Positions 51,769-61,122 of a stretch of DNA of 64,000 bases are shown here, piece by piece. The translations under genes and the position numbers were made by a program. Below the pieces are notes generated by a model, which saw nothing but the letters and a program-made list of their open reading frames with translations, was not told where the DNA came from and made no database searches. Origin of the DNA: Patescibacteria group bacterium (GTDB lineage Bacteria; Patescibacteriota; Minisyncoccia; UBA6257; UBA9933); the NCBI GenBank assembly GCA_038078555.1, contig JBBTYQ010000005.1, positions 6,266 through 70,265 of the forward strand, written 5' to 3'. Positions within the stretch are counted from its first letter, which is position 1. Each line of letters begins with the position of its first letter.

Positions 51769-52541
51769 ACATAACAATAGAAATGATTCAAATGATGCTG
51801 GTCGCGATTTCTATTGCCGCGGCAGCCAGTTTGCTCGGCTCGTTTGCCATTTTAAAAAGAATGGCTCTTGTGGGCGACGCCTTAAGCCACGTTGCCTTGC
51901 CCGGTCTGGCGCTGGCTTTAATTTTTAATTTTAGTCCGTTTTTGGGAGCAATGGTTTTTCTGATTGCCGCAACGCTCGGCATTTGGTTTTTGGAGTATCA
52001 AAGCCGGCTTCCCATAGAAACAATTGTTGGAGTATTTTTTGCCGCCAGTCTTGCCTTGGGAACTTTGATTACTCCTAACCATGAACTCTTAGAAGCGCTT
52101 TTGGGAAATATCACCAATCTAAGTCAAAATGAAGCTTTGGCATCAATTATACTTTCATTATTTTTAATTGTTTTATTGATAATGTTTCGCAAAAAATTAG
52201 CGCTCAATATGGTATCTCAAGAAATGGCTCAATCAATCGGCATAAAAAATAAGCGATTGGAATTAATTTACTTGCTTATTTTTGCTTTAGCGGTTGCTCT
52301 GGGCATAAAATTCGTTGGCGCGCTTTTGATGGGTTCGCTTGTGATAATTCCGGCAGCGTCCGCAAAAAATATCGCCAAAAGCCTGCGTTCTTTTATGAGC
52401 ATAAGCGTTATATTCGGAGTCTTTTCTTCCGCTTTGGGAGTTTATGTTTCTTATCTTTATAATCTTCCGCCCGGCCCGATATTTATTTTAATCAGCACGG
52501 CGATTTTTATAATTTCTTTAATCGCGCGAAAATTTAAATAA
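51765..52541 (+). CDS. metal ABC transporter permease (ABC-3 / ZnuB-like)
   Basis: ATGA overlap with the ATPase gene. About 8 TM. GDALSHVALPG motif typical of the ABC-3 family. Confidence 0.85.
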   Translation: MNITIEMIQMMLVAISIAAAASLLGSFAILKRMALVGDALSHVALPGLALALIFNFSPFLGAMVFLIAATLGIWFLEYQSRLPIETIVGVFFAASLALGTLITPNHELLEALLGNITNLSQNEALASIILSLFLIVLLIMFRKKLALNMVSQEMAQSIGIKNKRLELIYLLIFALAVALGIKFVGALLMGSLVIIPAASAKNIAKSLRSFMSISVIFGVFSSALGVYVSYLYNLPPGPIFILISTAIFIISLIARKFK

Positions 52542-52568
52542 TAGTCTAGTAATTTTATATTTAATATT

Positions 52569-53471
52569 ATGGAATTAAACCCCTTAACGCCCGAGGAGGA
52601 AAAAGTTATTGTCCATAAAGGCACCGAGCCGCCTTTTATCGGAGAATACGACAAGCATTTTGAAAGCGGAGTTTATGTTTGCCGCCGGTGCAACGCGCCG
52701 CTATATCGGTCAAAAGATAAATTTGACGCCCATTGCGGCTGGCCTAGTTTTGACGATGAAATAAAAGATGCTGTTAAAAAAATACCGGACCCTGACGGCA
52801 TAAGAACCGAAATTATTTGCGCCAATTGCGGAGCGCATTTGGGCCATGTATTTATCGGGGAAGGCCATACTTCTAAAAATATTCGCCATTGCGTTAATTC
52901 TGTTTCTTTAAAATTTATTCCGAAAAAAGAATCAGAAAATAAAACCGAAACGGCTTTTTTCGGAAGCGGATGTTTTTGGTGCGCGGAAGCTGTTTTTAAA
53001 ATGATTAAAGGAGTAATATCGGTAAAATCGGGCTATAGCGGCGGCAGTAAAGAAAATCCGCAATATGAAGAAGTATCAGGCGAAAAAACAGGCCACGCTG
53101 AGGTGGTTAAAATAGAATATGACCCGAAAATAATTTCTTACGAAGATTTATTAGACATATTTTTTTATGTTCACGATCCGACTTCTTTAAATCGTCAAGG
53201 TGATGATATCGGCCATCAATACCGGTCAATTATTTTATTTGTGTCGGAGAGACAAAAGCAAGCCGCAGAAAAAATTATCAAGGAATTGGAAGAGACCAAG
53301 GAATATTTAAAGCCGATTATTACGGAATTAAAGCAGTTTGAAAAGTTTTATGAAGCTGAAAATTATCACCAAAATTATTACGAGGAAAATGCAGGCGCGC
53401 CTTATTGCCAGCTAGTTATTTCTCCTAAATTGGAGCGTCTTAAGGAAAAATATAAGAAATTTTTAAAGTAA
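52569..53471 (+). CDS. msrAB: bifunctional peptide-methionine sulfoxide reductase MsrB-MsrA fusion
   Basis: The N-terminal half has the MsrB Zn cysteines CRRC...CANC and catalytic RHCVNS. The C-terminal half has MsrA GSGCFWCAE and GHAEVV. Confidence 0.9.
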   Translation: MELNPLTPEEEKVIVHKGTEPPFIGEYDKHFESGVYVCRRCNAPLYRSKDKFDAHCGWPSFDDEIKDAVKKIPDPDGIRTEIICANCGAHLGHVFIGEGHTSKNIRHCVNSVSLKFIPKKESENKTETAFFGSGCFWCAEAVFKMIKGVISVKSGYSGGSKENPQYEEVSGEKTGHAEVVKIEYDPKIISYEDLLDIFFYVHDPTSLNRQGDDIGHQYRSIILFVSERQKQAAEKIIKELEETKEYLKPIITELKQFEKFYEAENYHQNYYEENAGAPYCQLVISPKLERLKEKYKKFLK

Positions 53472-53475
53472 ATTC

Positions 53476-54384
53476 ATGACCAACGTAATCACTTCTTTAT
53501 TAATTTTATTGCAGACAATTCTGCAACTTTTGGTTTTTGTCGGGCAAAATCCCGGCTTGCCGCAAAGTTTTAAGCAAAGCGTAATTTTAGAAGCAACTCA
53601 AACAATTGAATTAGCGGCTAAAACCTTAGAACAAATCGAGCTTCAAAAAACTTCTGAACAAGAAAAAGGCGTAATTATTCCGGTGTCTGGCTTGAAAATT
53701 ACTCAAACGACATCAACCGGCTCTTATAAAATAAACCCCAAGCCGGATTACGAAATTTCAAAACTGGCGAGCATTATTAATGATTACATCAATCAAGAAA
53801 GAATAAGTAATGGATTAAAGGAACTTGCTTGGAATCAAAATCTGTCGGAAATTTCTTTTCGCCACAGTTTTGATCAGGCAAGCGACAATAAAACAATAAC
53901 CGATTATTCGAAACCGTGCGCTTATGTTTTAATCCGGCACGAAGGCTTGACTCTGGCGGGCTTTTCTTTGGCTGACCGCTTAAAATTCGCTTTAGTTGAT
54001 TTTCGTTTAGCCGGAGAAAACATCGCTGCAATTCCGTTTTCTAAAAATCTTACTTATAGTTATAAATCTCCGGATAAGCCGGTGAAATGTCCTGAATCTT
54101 ATTTTAAAAAAACAGAATCAAGTATGACAAAAACAGAAAAATTAAATATTATTTTAGAAAATATAAATCAAGCTCAAAATTTGATTGCGAGCGTCCCGAC
54201 GGTTAATTGGATTAATAAAGAGTGGCTTACATCCGAAGAAATCGCTAAAGAAGCGGTAAATGGCTGGATGAATTCTATTGGCCATCGACAAAACATTTTA
54301 AATTCGGAATTCAGCCAAGCCGGCATCGGCGTAGCTGAAATCAATGATTATTTCATTATTACGCAGGTTTTTATAAAGAATTAG
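53476..54384 (+). CDS. secreted CAP/SCP (PR-1-like) domain protein
   Basis: N-terminal hydrophobic segment. C-terminal GWMNSIGHRQNILNSEFSQAGIGVA typical of CAP domains. Confidence 0.65.
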   Translation: MTNVITSLLILLQTILQLLVFVGQNPGLPQSFKQSVILEATQTIELAAKTLEQIELQKTSEQEKGVIIPVSGLKITQTTSTGSYKINPKPDYEISKLASIINDYINQERISNGLKELAWNQNLSEISFRHSFDQASDNKTITDYSKPCAYVLIRHEGLTLAGFSLADRLKFALVDFRLAGENIAAIPFSKNLTYSYKSPDKPVKCPESYFKKTESSMTKTEKLNIILENINQAQNLIASVPTVNWINKEWLTSEEIAKEAVNGWMNSIGHRQNILNSEFSQAGIGVAEINDYFIITQVFIKN

Positions 54385-54413
54385 GTTTTAAAATCATAAA
54401 AACCAATTTATTA

Positions 54414-54442
54414 TTGACAAATCAAATTATTTGTGATAAAAT
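54414..54442 (+). promoter_or_regulatory. sigma-70-type promoter (TTGACA-17-TGaTAAAAT)
   Basis: -35 TTGACA at 54414-54419, 17-nt spacer, extended -10 TG at 54434-54435, -10 TAAAAT at 54437-54442. About 50 nt upstream of ORF 54493, which has a GGAGG SD. Confidence 0.6.
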
Positions 54443-54492
54443 TTTCGATAGCAGTTTTTTGACAAATTAAACATTTAAAAAGGAGGATTGCT

Positions 54493-55527
54493 ATGAGTAA
54501 TCAGAGTATCACCGGTTCCACATTGAGAGTAATGGAGGTAAAACTAAACGGTGCCTGCGAAGTGATGCTGGCCAAGATCAATTTCAAGGGAGTTGAATAC
54601 TCCATTGAAAAGGTAAGGTCAGTCAAAGCTCCGGAAGGCGCGATTTTCCTTTTGGCAAAAGTAATGGCAGGAGAGCCGGAAGGAGAGAAGGTTCTTTGGC
54701 AGTTTAAAGACGAAGAGTTTACGGGTTTTGCGTATCTCGAAGAGGCAGGCGGTATTCCTGTCATCTGTCTCGTGTCGTACGCAAAGAAACTCAAGCGGAT
54801 TATTCCGCTTGAGGATTTATCCAGCCTTCGCAGAGTAAAAGTGGCGGGCGAAATGCAAGTTATAACTTCCCGCAATATCGCGGAAGTTATAAAGCTTAAG
54901 GCGCTTGCCGCAAAGAAACTCAAACTTGAACCGGAATTTACCGAAGCAGAAAAGGCGATCAGCAGAGTATTGCTCGATCGCGAAAAAGAAAAAGAAGAGC
55001 AGAAAAGAAAAGACAGGATAAAGGAAAAAGAAGAGCGGATACAGCGCATCCTAAGCCGGCCGCAAGTTTTCGGCTATGACCAGAGTGGCTTTAAAAAATA
55101 TGGCCATCCGGTTATGGGCGACGAATGGTGTTCATTGCCCGAAGGAACCTTTGTTGTTCTCGTTGAATCGTACAATAACGAGACTAACGAATGCGGAGAG
55201 CTGATAGAAGCTTTTGCCGTTTCAAAAAAGAACGGCAAGCCGGAAAAGAAGAACGCCTCAAATGTCCAAAAGGAACCAGTTTGTCCGCGGACAAATAAAT
55301 TAACCGCGCCTGAGGCGATCCGTATTGCCTTTTTTGAGATAGAAGGCCGGCTTGAACAGATAGCTGTGTATAAGGACATAGAAGATGTTCGCATGGCGCG
55401 TCAGTCCGGACTTAACGGCGGAGCACTTGTTGCGACGGACAATCCGGATGAGCAAGGTCGCTACCAGATATTTGCCGTAGGTTGTAAGGAAATAGAAACC
55501 AAAGGGCATTTTATTCCTTTGGCGTAA
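54493..55527 (+). CDS. hypothetical protein (344 aa) with central Lys/Glu coiled coil
   Basis: Strong SD (AAAGGAGGA) and its own promoter and terminator. No family recognised. Confidence 0.6.
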   Translation: MSNQSITGSTLRVMEVKLNGACEVMLAKINFKGVEYSIEKVRSVKAPEGAIFLLAKVMAGEPEGEKVLWQFKDEEFTGFAYLEEAGGIPVICLVSYAKKLKRIIPLEDLSSLRRVKVAGEMQVITSRNIAEVIKLKALAAKKLKLEPEFTEAEKAISRVLLDREKEKEEQKRKDRIKEKEERIQRILSRPQVFGYDQSGFKKYGHPVMGDEWCSLPEGTFVVLVESYNNETNECGELIEAFAVSKKNGKPEKKNASNVQKEPVCPRTNKLTAPEAIRIAFFEIEGRLEQIAVYKDIEDVRMARQSGLNGGALVATDNPDEQGRYQIFAVGCKEIETKGHFIPLA

Positions 55528-55570
55528 GCGCAACCGCAACAATGAAACTCCTTTTTTATGTTTTGTATCA

Positions 55571-55617
55571 ACCCCGGCTTTTTATGATTGAGATCATATT
55601 AAGTCGGGGTTTTTTAT
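55571..55617 (+). terminator. rho-independent terminator (nested hairpin)
   Basis: ACCCCGGCTT...AAGTCGGGGT (10 bp, one G-U) followed by TTTTT. Confidence 0.7.
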
Positions 55618-55627
55618 TTTATAATTA

Positions 55628-55656
55628 TTGACTTTATTTTTTGGCCATGCTATAAA
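55628..55656 (+). promoter_or_regulatory. sigma-70-type promoter (TTGACT-17-TATAAA)
   Basis: -35 at 55628-55633, 17-nt spacer, -10 at 55651-55656, upstream of the sigma factor gene. Confidence 0.55.
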
Positions 55657-55692
55657 ATCACACTGTTGTTTTAAAAAATAAAAAGGGGGATT

Positions 55693-56550
55693 TTGAAAGT
55701 GGCAAAATTTTTTGGGATGGCAAACAAAGCAAGAAAGGATGATAGGCAAGAAGACCATGATTTAATAAAAACTTACATCAAAAACGTCAGAAAAATTCCT
55801 TTGCTTAGCGCCGAAGAAGAAAAAATGCTTTTCAAAAAAATCAAAAAAGGATGTAAGGCGTCAAAGAAGAAAATAATTGAGTCAAATTTGCGGTTAGTCG
55901 TTTCTATTGTGACTGCTAAATATGTTTCTTTTTTAAATTTTTCCGATTTGATTCAGGCGGGAAACATCGGTTTAATTACTGCTGTCAGAAAATTTAAGCT
56001 CGAAAAGGGATGCAGGTTTTCGACTTACGCAACTTATTGGATTAGGAAGGAAGTCTCAAAAGAAATTTTTAATATCGGCGATATGATTCGTTTGCCGGTT
56101 AATGTTCATGCAGAGCTATCGGACTATGAAAGAAAAAAGAGAAAAATTTCTTCGGAATTAAACGCTGATTTTTCGTCATATGAGGTGGCAAAAAAAATAA
56201 AAATGACTGATAAAAAAATCAGCCATCTTCAGCAAATTGAAAAAAGCAGAAAACTCGTTTGGCTTGATGCTTCTGCTGACGATAAAAGTGCGACCCTTGG
56301 TGATTTTGTGGAAGACGGAAATTCAACGCTTCCTTGTTATCAAACCATGGTCAGCCAAAGCGTGATGAATATCATGAATGCTTCTAGCGGTCAGCTTAGC
56401 GAGCGTGATAGAGAAATCATAAAAATGCTCTACGGCTTTTCCGGAAAAGATTACACGCTTAAGGAAATTTGCAAAAAATACCGTTTAGCCAGAGAAACCT
56501 TGCGTTTGATTGAATCCAGAGCTTTGAAAGTAATGAGAGAACATATCTGA
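55693..56550 (+). CDS. RNA polymerase sigma factor, sigma-70 family (RpoD-like, no region 1.1)
   Basis: Region 2 (NLRLVVSIV...DLIQAGNIGLITAVRKF...RFSTYATYWIRKEV); region 4 (LSERDREIIKMLYGF...LKEICKKYRLARETLRLIESRALKVMR). The GTG at 55699 has better spacing from the GGGGGA SD than the TTG at 55693. Confidence 0.85.
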   Translation: MKVAKFFGMANKARKDDRQEDHDLIKTYIKNVRKIPLLSAEEEKMLFKKIKKGCKASKKKIIESNLRLVVSIVTAKYVSFLNFSDLIQAGNIGLITAVRKFKLEKGCRFSTYATYWIRKEVSKEIFNIGDMIRLPVNVHAELSDYERKKRKISSELNADFSSYEVAKKIKMTDKKISHLQQIEKSRKLVWLDASADDKSATLGDFVEDGNSTLPCYQTMVSQSVMNIMNASSGQLSERDREIIKMLYGFSGKDYTLKEICKKYRLARETLRLIESRALKVMREHI

Positions 56551-56571
56551 ATATATGAAATTTAAAAACCC

Positions 56572-56608
56572 AAATCGGCACGGAAAATTGTGCCGATTTT
56601 TTTTATTT
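56572..56608 (+). terminator. rho-independent terminator
   Basis: AAATCGGCAC-ggaaaatt-GTGCCGATTT followed by a T-run. Confidence 0.85.
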
Positions 56609-56633
56609 TAAAAAATGCTTATAATTTAAAAAT

Positions 56634-57299
56634 ATGAAAGAATCATTTTCCGGAATTTTCGGAGTTTATAAGCCCAAGGGACCGACTTCTCATGACATTA
56701 TCAATAAAATAAGGAAAATTACCGGTGAAAAACGAGTTGGCCACGCTGGGACTTTAGATCCATTAGCAAGCGGCGTTTTGGTTATCGCTATTGGCCGGCC
56801 GGCAACTAAAGAACTTAAAGAATTTGTTTTATCGGAAAAAGAATATATAGCGACTATTAGGCTTGGCGCGCAAAGTGAAACCGATGACGAGGAGGGGAAT
56901 AAAACAATAAAAGAAATTCGTCTAAAGCCGAAAATCGATGAAATCAAAAAAACGCTAAAAAAATTTCAAGGTGTAATTTTGCAGACGCCTCCTATTTACA
57001 GCGCATTAAAAATTAACGGCAAGAGAGCGTATAAAATTGCGCGCAGCGGCAGGGATATAAAAGATATAAAACTAAAACCTCGCGAAGTTGAAATAAAAAG
57101 CATTAAAATTTTAAAATACAAATGGCCTGACTTAAAGATTAAGGTTATTACCGGACCGGGTGTTTATATTCGTTCGCTGGCTAGAAACATCGGAGAACAT
57201 CTTAAGACCGGCGGTTATTTAAAAGAACTGGAGCGTATTCGAGTAGGCCAATTTATAAAAAAAGAGACTACAGATATCAATAAGTTGCCGGCGAATTAA
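56634..57299 (+). CDS. truB: tRNA pseudouridine(55) synthase
   Basis: GVYKPKGPTSHDIINKIRK...VGHAGTLDPLASGVLVIAIG (catalytic Asp), PPIYSALKING. Confidence 0.9.
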   Translation: MKESFSGIFGVYKPKGPTSHDIINKIRKITGEKRVGHAGTLDPLASGVLVIAIGRPATKELKEFVLSEKEYIATIRLGAQSETDDEEGNKTIKEIRLKPKIDEIKKTLKKFQGVILQTPPIYSALKINGKRAYKIARSGRDIKDIKLKPREVEIKSIKILKYKWPDLKIKVITGPGVYIRSLARNIGEHLKTGGYLKELERIRVGQFIKKETTDINKLPAN

Positions 57300-57372
57300 A
57301 TCCCGTTTTTATATTATAAAAAAACACAAATAAAATTTTGTCATTTTTTTATTTTTCTGCTATAATTTTTTT

Positions 57373-57834
57373 ATGAAACACAAACCCCTAAGTTTAGATG
57401 AATTAAAAAAACAGCGCAAAGCAGTTATAAATACCGCTTTAGAACATAAACAACAATTAAATCGACTGGAAAAATTGGCGATTTTTATTACAAAATATGT
57501 CGGCAGTATGGGATTTTTTATATTACTTTTTACATGGACTATTTTGTGGTTTATTTGGAATGCTTTAGCGCCGGCTGACCTTAGGTTTGACCCTTATCCG
57601 GCTTTTGTCTTATGGCTTTTTATTTCCAACATGATTCAGTTAGTGCTTTTACCATTGCTTATGGTCGGACAAAACATTGAAGGGCGCCATTCGGAAATAA
57701 GGGCAAAAAATGATTATGAAATAAATTTGAAATCCGAAAAAGAAATTGAAACAATTCTCCAGCATTTAGAAAATCAAACTGACGCTATTTTAGAAATAAT
57801 AGAAACACTTAAAAATAAAAAAAGGAAAAAATAA
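57373..57834 (+). CDS. DUF1003-family membrane protein
   Basis: FDPYPAFVLWLFISNMIQLVLLPLLMVGQN...EIRAKNDYEINLKSEKEI matches my recollection of DUF1003. Confidence 0.65.
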   Translation: MKHKPLSLDELKKQRKAVINTALEHKQQLNRLEKLAIFITKYVGSMGFFILLFTWTILWFIWNALAPADLRFDPYPAFVLWLFISNMIQLVLLPLLMVGQNIEGRHSEIRAKNDYEINLKSEKEIETILQHLENQTDAILEIIETLKNKKRKK

Positions 57835-57841
57835 TTATTTT

Positions 57842-57864
57842 ATCCCGCCTTTGGCGGGATTTTA
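57842..57864 (+). terminator. rho-independent terminator
   Basis: ATCCCGCC-ttt-GGCGGGAT followed by TTT. Confidence 0.7.
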
Positions 57865-57951
57865 ATTTATTACTCTTGCTTATTTATAACTTATCAGGTA
57901 TTTTTACAAAGGTTCTTTTAATCAAAAAAATACACAGGGAGTAGCCCAAGG

Positions 57952-58350
57952 ATGAGATTAATTTATTTCTTGATAGTTTTTCTAGTTGCTTGTCTTTTAC
58001 CGTCGGCAACCGCCAATAAAGAAATTTTAGCGCCTCTTATTTTTAAGAGCGCGCGCATTGGAGTTGCTTCTTGGTACGGCCCGGGATTTCACGGCAGAAA
58101 AACCGCGAGCGGCATAATTTTCAATCAAAATGAAATTACTGTTGCTCACCGGACTTTACCATTTGGAACCATGATCAGCATTACTAACCTGATTAATGGT
58201 AAGACGATAATGGCTCCGGTGCTTGACCGCGGACCTTATACGAGAAAAAACGGGAGATATTCCCGTGATGTTGATCTGTCTTATCAGGCAGCGAAACTTT
58301 TGGGAGCCGTGGAAAAAGGAGTGGTTCCTATTTTAATTAAATTTAATTAA
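57952..58350 (+). CDS. RlpA-like double-psi beta-barrel protein (septal lytic transglycosylase family)
   Basis: Signal peptide. GVASWYGPGFHGRKTASGIIF...VAHRTLPFGT...VLDRGPY. Confidence 0.8.
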   Translation: MRLIYFLIVFLVACLLPSATANKEILAPLIFKSARIGVASWYGPGFHGRKTASGIIFNQNEITVAHRTLPFGTMISITNLINGKTIMAPVLDRGPYTRKNGRYSRDVDLSYQAAKLLGAVEKGVVPILIKFN

Positions 58351-58365
58351 ATTCTCAGAGTATTT

Positions 58366-58392
58366 AAAGCGGCCAACAAGCCGCTTTTTTTT
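58366..58392 (+). terminator. rho-independent terminator
   Basis: AAAGCGGC-caacaa-GCCGCTTT followed by a T-run. Confidence 0.8.
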
Positions 58393-58467
58393 GTAAAACT
58401 TGATAAAAATCAAATTTATTGTATTATAGTAATAGCTACTTTTAACTAAAAAAAGAGGAGGGAAGCG

Positions 58468-59256
58468 ATGACCGCAAAGATAGTAATTGTTTTATTGATG
58501 CTGAATTTTTATCCGAACTCAATTAAGGGCAACGAAACGAGCGATTTTTTTGAGATGCAAAAATTGGAAGTTGGCATAATGGATGAAAGATTCAAAACGA
58601 TTGTTGGAAATAAAATAAATTTAGACGAAGAATACTTACAAATAATTTTAGCTGATATGGCTAAGATTATCGGAAAAGAAAGCCAGAAAAAAAGATTTAA
58701 TAAATCACAGTACTTCGTTTATATCGACCGCAATCCAAAAAAACAGCTGGTTTTTCTTTGCTTCTATGACGCCTTAACAAAAAACATAAGAATTATCGGG
58801 GCGGATAAAACTTCCACTGGCAATCCCAAAAGAAAAGGCCATTTTATAACTCCCACAGGCGTTTTTGAAAATAGCGTTAAAAATTTTAACTACCGCGCTT
58901 TAGGGACAAAGAACGACCAAGGTTGGCGCGGTTTGGGAATAAAAGGTTCAAGAGTTTGGGATTTTGGCTGGCAAGAAACCAATTATAAAAGCGGAAAAAG
59001 ATATATTCGCCTTCTTATGCACGCCACTGATCCTAATTATGGAGAACCGCGTTTGGGCAAGGTTGATTCCAAAGGATGCATAAGAATTTCCGCAAAATTT
59101 AATAAGTTTCTTGACTACTATGGAGTTCTTGATGCTGATTACGAAAGAAATAAAAAATCAAAATCGGTCTTATGGCTTTTAAAGCACAATCGCGAGCCGG
59201 TTTTATTTGCCGGACAATACTTGATAACCGGAGACTCATCATCTCCTAACACTTAA
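58468..59256 (+). CDS. L,D-transpeptidase (YkuD) family protein
   Basis: Signal peptide. Catalytic context LMHATDPNYGEPRLGKVDSKGCIRI (His...Ser-x-Gly-Cys-x-Arg). Confidence 0.7.
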   Translation: MTAKIVIVLLMLNFYPNSIKGNETSDFFEMQKLEVGIMDERFKTIVGNKINLDEEYLQIILADMAKIIGKESQKKRFNKSQYFVYIDRNPKKQLVFLCFYDALTKNIRIIGADKTSTGNPKRKGHFITPTGVFENSVKNFNYRALGTKNDQGWRGLGIKGSRVWDFGWQETNYKSGKRYIRLLMHATDPNYGEPRLGKVDSKGCIRISAKFNKFLDYYGVLDADYERNKKSKSVLWLLKHNREPVLFAGQYLITGDSSSPNT

Positions 59257-59261
59257 GACTC

Positions 59262-59287
59262 AAAGCCCTTTCGGGGGCTTTTTTATT
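59262..59287. terminator. hairpin terminator between convergent genes
   Basis: AAGCCC-tttcgg-GGGCTT followed by a T-run. Confidence 0.65.
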
Positions 59288-59290
59288 TTA

Positions 59291-59695
59291 TCACCTCATT
59301 ATTCTAAGACCTATTTCTTCTACCAGCGTTCCAATTCCAGCCAAAGCAAAAACAAAAATTAAATACCAGCTAAAAGGAAAGAGAAAGTAAAAAGTAGAGA
59401 CTGTTAATGCAATCCAAATGCCTGTGCACCAGGGACAATGAATCATTACCGAAATAGTTTTTCTCGGACCTTTTTCGAATTTTTCAAAATAATCTCTGAT
59501 GTAATCGGTGATATGGTCATAAACGAATAAATGAGTGAGGCGGAAAATTGCCAAAGCAAGCAGCAAAAAATCAAAGTAAGAAATAGGGAATACTTTATTT
59601 TTAGAATATAAAAATCCTGTCAATATGGCTGCTAAGGCAATAAAAACAACAGTAAAGATAAAATTCCATATATATTGCTCTTTATTCTTGACCAT
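59291..59695 (-). CDS. DUF1360-family membrane protein
   Basis: RLTHLFVYDHITDYIRD and CPWCTGIWIA motifs. 4 TM. Confidence 0.6.
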   Translation of the reverse strand: MVKNKEQYIWNFIFTVVFIALAAILTGFLYSKNKVFPISYFDFLLLALAIFRLTHLFVYDHITDYIRDYFEKFEKGPRKTISVMIHCPWCTGIWIALTVSTFYFLFPFSWYLIFVFALAGIGTLVEEIGLRIMR

Positions 59696-59801
59696 AGATA
59701 TAAGAAAAATTTTATAGTATAATTATATCATTAAAGGTTTTTCTGTCAAATTAAGTTTACAACTGGTTTTTAACTAAAAGGTCGTTAAAAGAAAATCTTA
59801 T

Positions 59802-60191
59802 ATGGAAATTATTTTTCTTATTGGAAGAATTTTATACGGAGGATTTTTTGTTTTTGGAGGAATTAACCATTTCATGAAATTGGAAATGATGGCTGGATAT
59901 GCTGATGCAAAAGGAGTGCCAATGGCAAAAACAGCTGTTATTTTAAGCGGCGCCGTAAGCATACTCGGCGGATTAGGAATAATTTTTGGAGTTTATGTAA
60001 AAATTGCTATTGCGCTACTCGCCTTGTTCTTAATTGTAGTAACTTTGAAAATGCACAATTTTTGGAAAACAGCTGACCCAATGGTAAGAATGAATGACCA
60101 AGTCGGTTTCATGAAAAACACAGCGTTGCTTGGAGCTGATTTAATGTTTTTGGCAATAGAGGAGCCGTGGATTTTCAGCTGGTTATTCTAA
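59802..60191 (+). CDS. DoxX family membrane protein
   Basis: GRILYGGFFVFGGINHF N-terminus, 4 TM, 129 aa. Confidence 0.7.
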   Translation: MEIIFLIGRILYGGFFVFGGINHFMKLEMMAGYADAKGVPMAKTAVILSGAVSILGGLGIIFGVYVKIAIALLALFLIVVTLKMHNFWKTADPMVRMNDQVGFMKNTALLGADLMFLAIEEPWIFSWLF

Positions 60192-60248
60192 ACCTAAAAA
60201 ATCATGTAATATTTTAAACTGCAAACAAGCGGTGATATTAAAGTTTAT

Positions 60249-61121
60249 ATGAAAAAAATTTATTTAATTTTCACAATAACTTCTATTTTAATTACTTCTT
60301 TTTATTTTTTTTATAAAGACAGCGGATTTTTTTCTCCTGAACAAATAAATGAAATTAAAAATTTTAAAGAATGCGCCTTAGCCGGCTATCCGATTCTTGA
60401 ATCTTATCCAAGACAATGCCGGGCTGATAATAAAACTTTTATTGAAGAAATCGAGCCGATTATAGGCATAAATGAAAAAATACGCGTGGAAAAACCAATG
60501 CCGAACGATTTTATTGAAAGTCCGTTGCAAATAAAAGGCGAAGCGCGGGGCTTTTGGTTTTTTGAAGCGTCTTTTCCAATAAGGCTATTAGATGGAAATA
60601 GCAAGGAAATTGCCATAGCAATCGCCCAAGCGCAAAGCGAGTGGATGACTACTGAATTTGTGCCTTTTGAGGCAATGCTTGAATTTAAAATTCCGGACGC
60701 AACAACTGGTACTATTATTTTTAAAAAAGACAATCCCTCGGGGCTTCCCGAGTATGATGACGAGCTAAGAATGCCGGTTAAATTTACCAAAAAAGAAACA
60801 ATAAAGGAATTTGGCATCATAAAAGGCAAGGTGTTATTAGGCCCTGTTTGTCCGGTTATGCGGATTCCGTCCGACCCTAATTGCAACGATAAGCCATATC
60901 CTACCAATATAGAAGTTTTTAAAAAAAGCGACCTATCCAAGCCTTATAAAATCATAGAAACCGACGAAACAGCTTCTTTTGAAATAAATCTTGAACAAGG
61001 AGTCTATATTTTAAAGCCTCAAGGTAAAAATCCTTTGCCAAGATGTGCTGAAAAAGAGTTAAGTATATTGTCCGGTAAAATTCAGGAAATAGAATTTTCC
61101 TGCGATACGGGAATAAGATGA
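60249..61121 (+). CDS. secreted/anchored protein with Gmad2 immunoglobulin-like domain
   Basis: N-terminal TM. SPLQIKGEARGFWFFEASFPIRLLDGNSKEIA typical of Gmad2. Confidence 0.6.
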   Translation: MKKIYLIFTITSILITSFYFFYKDSGFFSPEQINEIKNFKECALAGYPILESYPRQCRADNKTFIEEIEPIIGINEKIRVEKPMPNDFIESPLQIKGEARGFWFFEASFPIRLLDGNSKEIAIAIAQAQSEWMTTEFVPFEAMLEFKIPDATTGTIIFKKDNPSGLPEYDDELRMPVKFTKKETIKEFGIIKGKVLLGPVCPVMRIPSDPNCNDKPYPTNIEVFKKSDLSKPYKIIETDETASFEINLEQGVYILKPQGKNPLPRCAEKELSILSGKIQEIEFSCDTGIR

Positions 61122-61122
61122 T

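Noticed and set aside
54501-55542. Minus-strand ORFs of 182, 106 and 80 aa (54501-55049, 55074-55394, 55300-55542) opposite ORF 54493
   Set aside because: They are nested antisense to a gene with a strong promoter, SD and terminator. The translations are low-complexity (Ser/Phe/Leu-rich mirror of Lys/Glu codons). No start-site signals.
60404-60940. 178-aa minus-strand ORF inside the Gmad2-domain gene
   Set aside because: It is a shadow ORF fully contained in a better-supported + strand gene, with no SD or promoter and a compositionally odd translation.
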